Positions 59,001-64,000 of a DNA stretch of 64,000 nt are shown here, in pieces. Numbering within the stretch: the stretch's first letter is position 1; the number at the start of each line of letters is the position of its first letter. The notes beneath the pieces were generated by a model. The model made no database searches. It saw only the letters and a list, made by a program, of their open reading frames with translations, and had not been told where the DNA came from. A program made the position numbers and the translations under genes. The stretch is from a virus. Its lineage: Duplodnaviria; Heunggongvirae; Uroviricota; Caudoviricetes. The stretch is from IMG/VR virus record IMGVR_UViG_3300028591_000002, positions 110,718 to 174,717 of that record; one strand, written 5' to 3'.

Positions 59001-59265
59001 AGAAACAGCACAAGCCTTAAATGCTATTCATATTTTGGATAGAAATTTTACAGACTTATTAAATCAATGTAACGAAGTGCGAGAAGAAATTCAAGCACTT
59101 CGTTTAGAAAATGAAAAATTAAAACAAGAAATTAAATCCTTAAAATTGCCCTATGGTGTAACGGCTAGCACAGGTGGCTCTAACCCATCTGGTCTGGGTT
59201 CGAATCCTAGTGGGGCGACCAATACAGAAAAAGATGATAAAATTTTTAATGAAAGTACTGGTTAA
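58993..59265 (+). CDS. hypothetical coiled-coil protein (the 3' part is probably not coding)
   Basis: The N-terminal 50 aa look coiled-coil. The remaining frame runs through the suppressor tRNA (the GSNPSG-type translation is typical of tRNA sequence), so the true end is uncertain. Confidence 0.25.
   Translation: MFKETAQALNAIHILDRNFTDLLNQCNEVREEIQALRLENEKLKQEIKSLKLPYGVTASTGGSNPSGLGSNPSGATNTEKDDKIFNESTG
59147..59221 (+). tRNA. tRNA-Sup(CTA): amber suppressor, Gln-derived, with genomically encoded CCA
   Basis: tgcccta-tg-gtgt-aacggcta-gcac-a-ggtgg-ctCTAac-ccatc-tggt-ctggg-ttcgaat-cctag-tggggcg-a-cca. D-arm like tRNA-Gln at 29872; anticodon CTA at 59180-59182. Confidence 0.8.
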
Positions 59266-59452
59266 ACTCTTACAAAAATTATGTAACAAAATTATTAAAC
59301 GTAGTAAACTTGTTGATAAAACTGTAAGAGAATTCAATTTAGAAAATGAACAATGGTTCATAAATTGGCAAGATGAATTAAATGCAATTAGCGTAAAATA
59401 AAAAAGGTGAGCATCAAACGATGTTCACCTTTTTTCGTATTAGTCCACCTAA

Positions 59453-60595
59453 CTATTTCTTAGGAATTAATTTTATACCTTTCTTTGCTTTATTAATTTG
59501 TTTATTACCAAATGTTAATGGAATCAATGGAATTAAACCATATCTAATATCAGGATTACTAAAATTATCTCTTAATCCTAAAGGTATTCTAATACCATTG
59601 TCATCATAAGTTACTGCATCTGCAAGTTTTACTCTTCCAGATTGAGGAGGAACTATAAATGCATCTGTCCAACGTTCATTTTTTACTAAACCAGAGCCTG
59701 CCCAGTCTTTTTCTATATCTAGAGCATTATACCCTTTAGAGTCTAAAAATCTACCAATAGCTCGTTTTGCTTTTATAGCTTCTGTTTTCCAATCCTTTTT
59801 AAATGCTTCTTCAAATGCTTCTGGATTTTTTCTATATTCCAAAAGATATTGTATTCTAGTTTTTAGTTCTTCTGGCAACATTTGCAATAATTCCTTTTTA
59901 TTTTCTACTTTTAAGGGATTATTAAACTTAACATTTAAAGGTATTTGATATTCCCCAAATCCAATAGGTCTATTTGTACGTTTAGTAAATATTCCGAAAG
60001 GAGATAAAACATCTTTAGAAGAGTGTTTACCAAATGCACTGAAAGTATTAAATGGTTCTTTAGTTTCATGAAAAAATCCAGGAGTATAACCTTTGATAAT
60101 TGTATGTAAATCTCTTAATCTTTGAGCTTCTATCATATCTCCTCTTGCAATAGCAACATCTTGTACTGCTGTCCATTGTTCTGGAGTTTGTGGAAGTTTT
60201 ATAAAACTAGTTCCTTCAAAAGTTTTAACTAAACCGTCTTTATCTAAATAATATAAGACACCTTTATTTCCTGGAAGAAATCTAGGATCTCTAGCTAATC
60301 GCTATAATCCAGCTACTGTACCTCTTGTAGCTATATAATCAATTGAGTTAGATTCTGGAAATAATATTTCCCCACCTTCTGGAATTTCTTTATAAGCAGC
60401 ATCAAATAATGCCTGCTTTTCTTCTTTAGTTATTTTTCCAGGAATTTTTTCTCCATCCCAAACCCTCATATGAACTCTATATTGATTAGGATTTGGATTC
60501 TCTATTACAAACTCTCTAGGTCGAAGTTTAGTATGTGTTGGTAACCGGAGTCTTGTTATATAAGGTTCTAATATTTTAATTATTTTATTATTCAT
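59453..60595 (-). CDS. hypothetical structural/late protein, TAG-containing (joins ORFs 60302..60604 and 59453..60136)
   Basis: Own translation: the frame of ORF 60302..60604 continues through the TAG at 60302-60304 and a further TAG at 60245-60247 into 59453..60136 without TAA/TGA; ATG at 60593-60595. Confidence 0.55.
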
Positions 60596-61517
60596 AATTT
60601 CCAATTCCTACTACAGTAGCAATAACTGGAGCAGTTTTTAATAATGTTTTAAGATAAGGAACAAACTAATCTTTTAAAACTTTTTTACCAAAAAATCCAT
60701 AAGCATTACCATAAGTATTAAGTCCCATTAAATCATTAATAACGTTTGCTTCAGGTAAACTATCAACATAATCTTCAAAAAGTTTTCTATTCTATTTTAT
60801 AGATAAATCTTTTTGTCCTTTAGGATTATTAAATGCATATTTTCTAATTAATTCACCTATAGTAGACCTAGCTTCTTCTGGAAGTAATGAGTCCTCATTA
60901 AAACTATGAGTATTATTATAAGCTAATTTTAAATCTTCTAATTCTTTAGAATCTTTAAAAATTTTATTTATAAACTCTTTATATATATTATTATCTCCAG
61001 ATAATTCTCTATAAATATCATCTGTTCCATGCATATTTCTTTCATGGAAAATAATAGATGGAACATTTTTTAGAGTTCTTTGAGTAGGGTCTATAAAAGC
61101 TACTCCAGACTTAGGAAAATACGTACCCCCAACACCTTCTTCATTAAAATAACCTAAATAAGTAGGTTTTTTAAAATTATCTTCTAATATAAATTTCCTA
61201 GGAATAATTCCCTTTTCTCCTAAAGGTTTATCTAAATCATATCCTAAAGCTTCTAATCTTCTTATGGTTTCTTTTGCATGGGTTTTATTAAATCCCAAAG
61301 TATCAATTTCATACAAAGGATTAAAACTTTCCTATAAGGCTAAAGCTTTTACATTTTCAGGTAATTCTGTAATTTCTTTAGGATTTAGATATTCTTTATA
61401 TTTTGAAGCATGTTTTTCTACTAACTATTTAAAAGGAATTTGTTCTAAACCTTTACTGGTCATTGTATATTCTGGAACTCTAGATATTAATTTAAAAATA
61501 GTTTTAAATTTGCTCAT
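60588..61517 (-). CDS. hypothetical late protein, TAG-containing (includes ORF 60792..61316)
   Basis: ATG at 61515-61517 preceded by aaggagg at 61529-61535; translation MSKFKTIFKLISRVPEYTMTSKGLEQIPFK(TAG)LVEKH... runs through several TAGs into ORF 60792..61316 and ends at TAA 60588-60590, overlapping the next start. Confidence 0.55.
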
Positions 61518-61547
61518 AAATAGTTTTTCCTCCTTTTTTAGTAGCTT

Positions 61548-63053
61548 TTAAAATTTGATTCTTTTTAGTAGTTCTTCCATCCTAAAAAGATACATGAATC
61601 CAATCATAATCAAATTCATTAATTAATTGTTTAACTACAATTTCTCCTTTTAAAATCATAGATTTAATTAAATCAAATAAGACTTTATTATCTCTTTTAG
61701 AATCACTTACACTTCTAATATCAGCTGCATTTCCATAACAATGGTCACTAGTTATAGAACCTCCAACTTTTTGATTTAAAAGTTTACATCTAAATCCAGA
61801 AGATACTACTATTGATTTACCATACTTATCTCTTATAGGTTGTAATACAATCTAACATAACTTCTTTAAATTCTCCTATTGCTATTTATTTGGGGTATTA
61901 TTAATTCCCAATCTTTTAGCAGTAGGAGAATTTATTAATTCCTCTAAAGTAAAATTCTTAGTTAATAACATTTTGGAACTAATTTATATAAGGTACCTCC
62001 ATTACGATAACCTCTATTTAACATTACTCTAAATCTCTTTCTATCACTTCCACCTACTGAACCATGTATTCCAAGTTGGTTTAATTTCTATAAAGCTTCA
62101 GTTTGATTCCAAGAAGTTATTCCTAATCTATTCATAACAGCTTTCTTTAATTCTGCATCATCTTCAACAGCTCTAACTAATCCAACAGTATCTTTTACTC
62201 CTTTAGATTTAAACATTCTTCTAATATCTTTTCTAGATTGTAATGGATAATCAGAACTACTCTAAGAAGAAGAAACGTTAGTATTCTGTTGAGCTTGTTG
62301 GGTAGGTTGTAGTCTATTTATGATAGATGGATTTATCTATTGTGGAGCAGTTTCTATACTCTAGTTTCCTTCTGAAATAGGTCCATATTCTTGTGGAGAA
62401 GTTTCAACTATTTGAGGATATTCTCCAAAATCTCCATTTTCAGTACCTTCAATTTCCTCTTCTCTAGAACCTGAATGAGCAAGTAAAGGATATAAAGCTG
62501 TAGCTCCAGCTGCTGCTGCTGCATAAGGCCAAGCTCTTTTCCAAAAAGCTTTCTTTGGAACTATTTTTTCTACTGCCTTTTTTCCTGTTTTACCAGCACT
62601 TTTAGCAACTAGAGCGGTTTCCTTTTTAGCAACTGGAACTAATGCTTTCCCTTCAGGAACTCTAGTATTACTTCCAAAAGATTGTTCAAATCTTTGTGCT
62701 GGAACTTTTCCAGATTGTCCAGGAACCCAACCTTTCTATATTGCTTTATCTGCTTTTCCTTTAAATATTTTATTCAAAGCATTATTATAAGCTTCCTAAT
62801 ATTCTGGAAGAACATTTCCATTTCTACGTATTGCTGATTCTAATGCTTTTATTTCTTTAGCATCTGTTATTCCTAAATCTTCAAAAGTAATTCCACTCTT
62901 TTTTAATGCTTTATATACTTTTTTCCATTCAGGTAAATTTGACATTCCTTTTAATGCTTCTTCAAAAGCACTTAATTTACTACTAGCTTTTACTGAATTT
63001 TTAATAGCTACTTTAGCTATTCTACCCCAATGGGCTTTTGGTATTAATTTCAT
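61548..63053 (-). CDS. hypothetical late protein, TAG-containing (includes ORF 62796..63053)
   Basis: Starts at the ATG of ORF 62796..63053 (in-frame TAA just upstream); the frame continues through multiple TAGs (…GNVLPEY(TAG)EAYNNALNKIFKGKADKAI(TAG)KGWVPGQSGK...) to TAA 61548-61550. Confidence 0.5.
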
Positions 63054-63069
63054 ATGTTATAAAATTTGT

Positions 63070-64000
63070 TTGCATATTTTGCTCTTTGAATATAATTACC
63101 ATGATTTGGATTCTAAAAACCTTTAAACCTTTCAAAACCATAGCCAAAAGCATGAGAAGCTTCTCCCACTGTTTTAGCATTTCTTAAAGCCTATAAAGTT
63201 TTAGCATATGGACCATTTAATTCATTCCAAAGATAATTTAACTACGTATCTAAATCTGTCCACTTATCTCCTCCAAACTTCTTTAAGTTTGATAATCTTC
63301 CTGCATGCCACTAAGCAATACCTGCAGATGTTCCTTTGTCTCCATAAATATGGGTCCTAAATCCAGATTCTGCATAAAGGTTTCCCATAATTCCTGCAAC
63401 GGCTTCTCTAGAAAGTCCTTTACTTAAAAAGAAATTTTTAATTTTTTGTGCAGAATTTTTTGGAGTACTAATCTTAACTTCAGTATTAGACTAAGGTGTA
63501 GTAGTCTACTAAGGAATCTACTAAGAAGTCTATTGCTCAGTCTAAACAGTTGGAAATTCTACAGGAGGCATTTGAGAAATTATATATCTTCTTAATGGTG
63601 GAGTAGAACTCTAAACATTAAGATTTGGAAGATTTATTTCAGGCTATTCTACATCAATATTTTCAAATATAGAACTTAAATTTAAACCTGTCTATCCTTT
63701 CAATATTCCTCCAAACTAATGTTTCCATTTTCTTGCATTTGCAGCAAAAGTTGCTCTCTTAACTAAAGTAGGATTACCAGAAGCTTTAGCTCTAGAAATA
63801 CAAGCATTAGTTACTTTTCCTCCACAATAATCTGTAAACTTACCTCTATTCTTCTTTTTAATATGAATTCCTCCTTTTTTAAGGAATGGAATATGATATA
63901 AGTCTTGGAAAGAAGTAAAAGAATTCAAATTTTTATCTTCTTTCTTAGAGGCATTACTTAATAACTTTAAATTTTTACGATTATTTATCATCATTATAAT
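63070..64000 (-). CDS. hypothetical late protein, TAG-containing, 5' end beyond the window (includes ORF 63716..63994)
   Basis: The frame of ORF 63716..63994 continues leftwards through TAG codons; the 3' boundary is approximate (display gap in line 63601). Confidence 0.35.

Noticed and set aside
1-64000. CRISPR array
   Set aside because: No regularly spaced short direct repeats with unique spacers were seen. The repeats present are tandem ~110-nt units or gene-leader duplications.

Overview
The window is AT-rich (roughly 30% GC), densely coding, and almost entirely minus-strand. It looks like a large tailed phage of a Bacteroidota-type host, in the style of Lak or crAss-like phages.

Left part (1-22.9 kb): a replication and nucleotide-metabolism module with a partial P-loop ATPase, a DnaB-like helicase, an SF2 DEAD/DEAH helicase, RNase H, a PurA/PurZ-family adenylosuccinate-synthetase homologue and a vWA protein. 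It also holds many small hypothetical genes, several of them in tandem paralog pairs.

Middle (22.9-30.7, 39.8-41.6, 45.9-46.6 and 49.2 kb): at least 30 tRNA genes in several arrays. All but one are on the minus strand. They include a tRNA-Arg(TCT) split by a 521-bp insertion in its anticodon loop, an initiator-like tRNA, a Gln-derived tRNA with a UUA anticodon, and several orphan tRNA 3'-end fragments.

Between the arrays sits an envelope and cell-wall module: a lipoprotein, an OmpA-like protein, a lytic transglycosylase, an SPFH/flotillin-like protein with an NfeD partner, YkuD-like L,D-transpeptidase-fold proteins, an HExxH metalloprotease and a peptidoglycan-binding protein. A TROVE+vWA (Ro60/Rsr-like) protein lies at 43989-45656 and is flanked by tRNA-like RNA fragments.

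The central observation is that several long minus-strand reading frames (33.6-34.3 kb, 35.4-37.2 kb, 59.5-64 kb) are continuous only if TAG is read as a sense codon. They contain many in-frame TAGs and no in-frame TAA or TGA. A plus-strand Gln-like tRNA with a CUA anticodon (amber suppressor) sits at 59147-59221. The region therefore uses a TAG-reassigned genetic code, probably TAG to Gln, and the supplied standard-code ORF track fragments or misses these genes.

A 6-kb island of noticeably higher GC (about 52.7-58.6 kb) has sparse ORFs, conserved repeated leaders, tandem repeats, a rho-independent terminator and a large palindrome plus a G9 run at its right edge.

Caveat: the displayed lines starting 34261 and 63601 each show only five 10-nt blocks, so coordinates inside those two lines are approximate.
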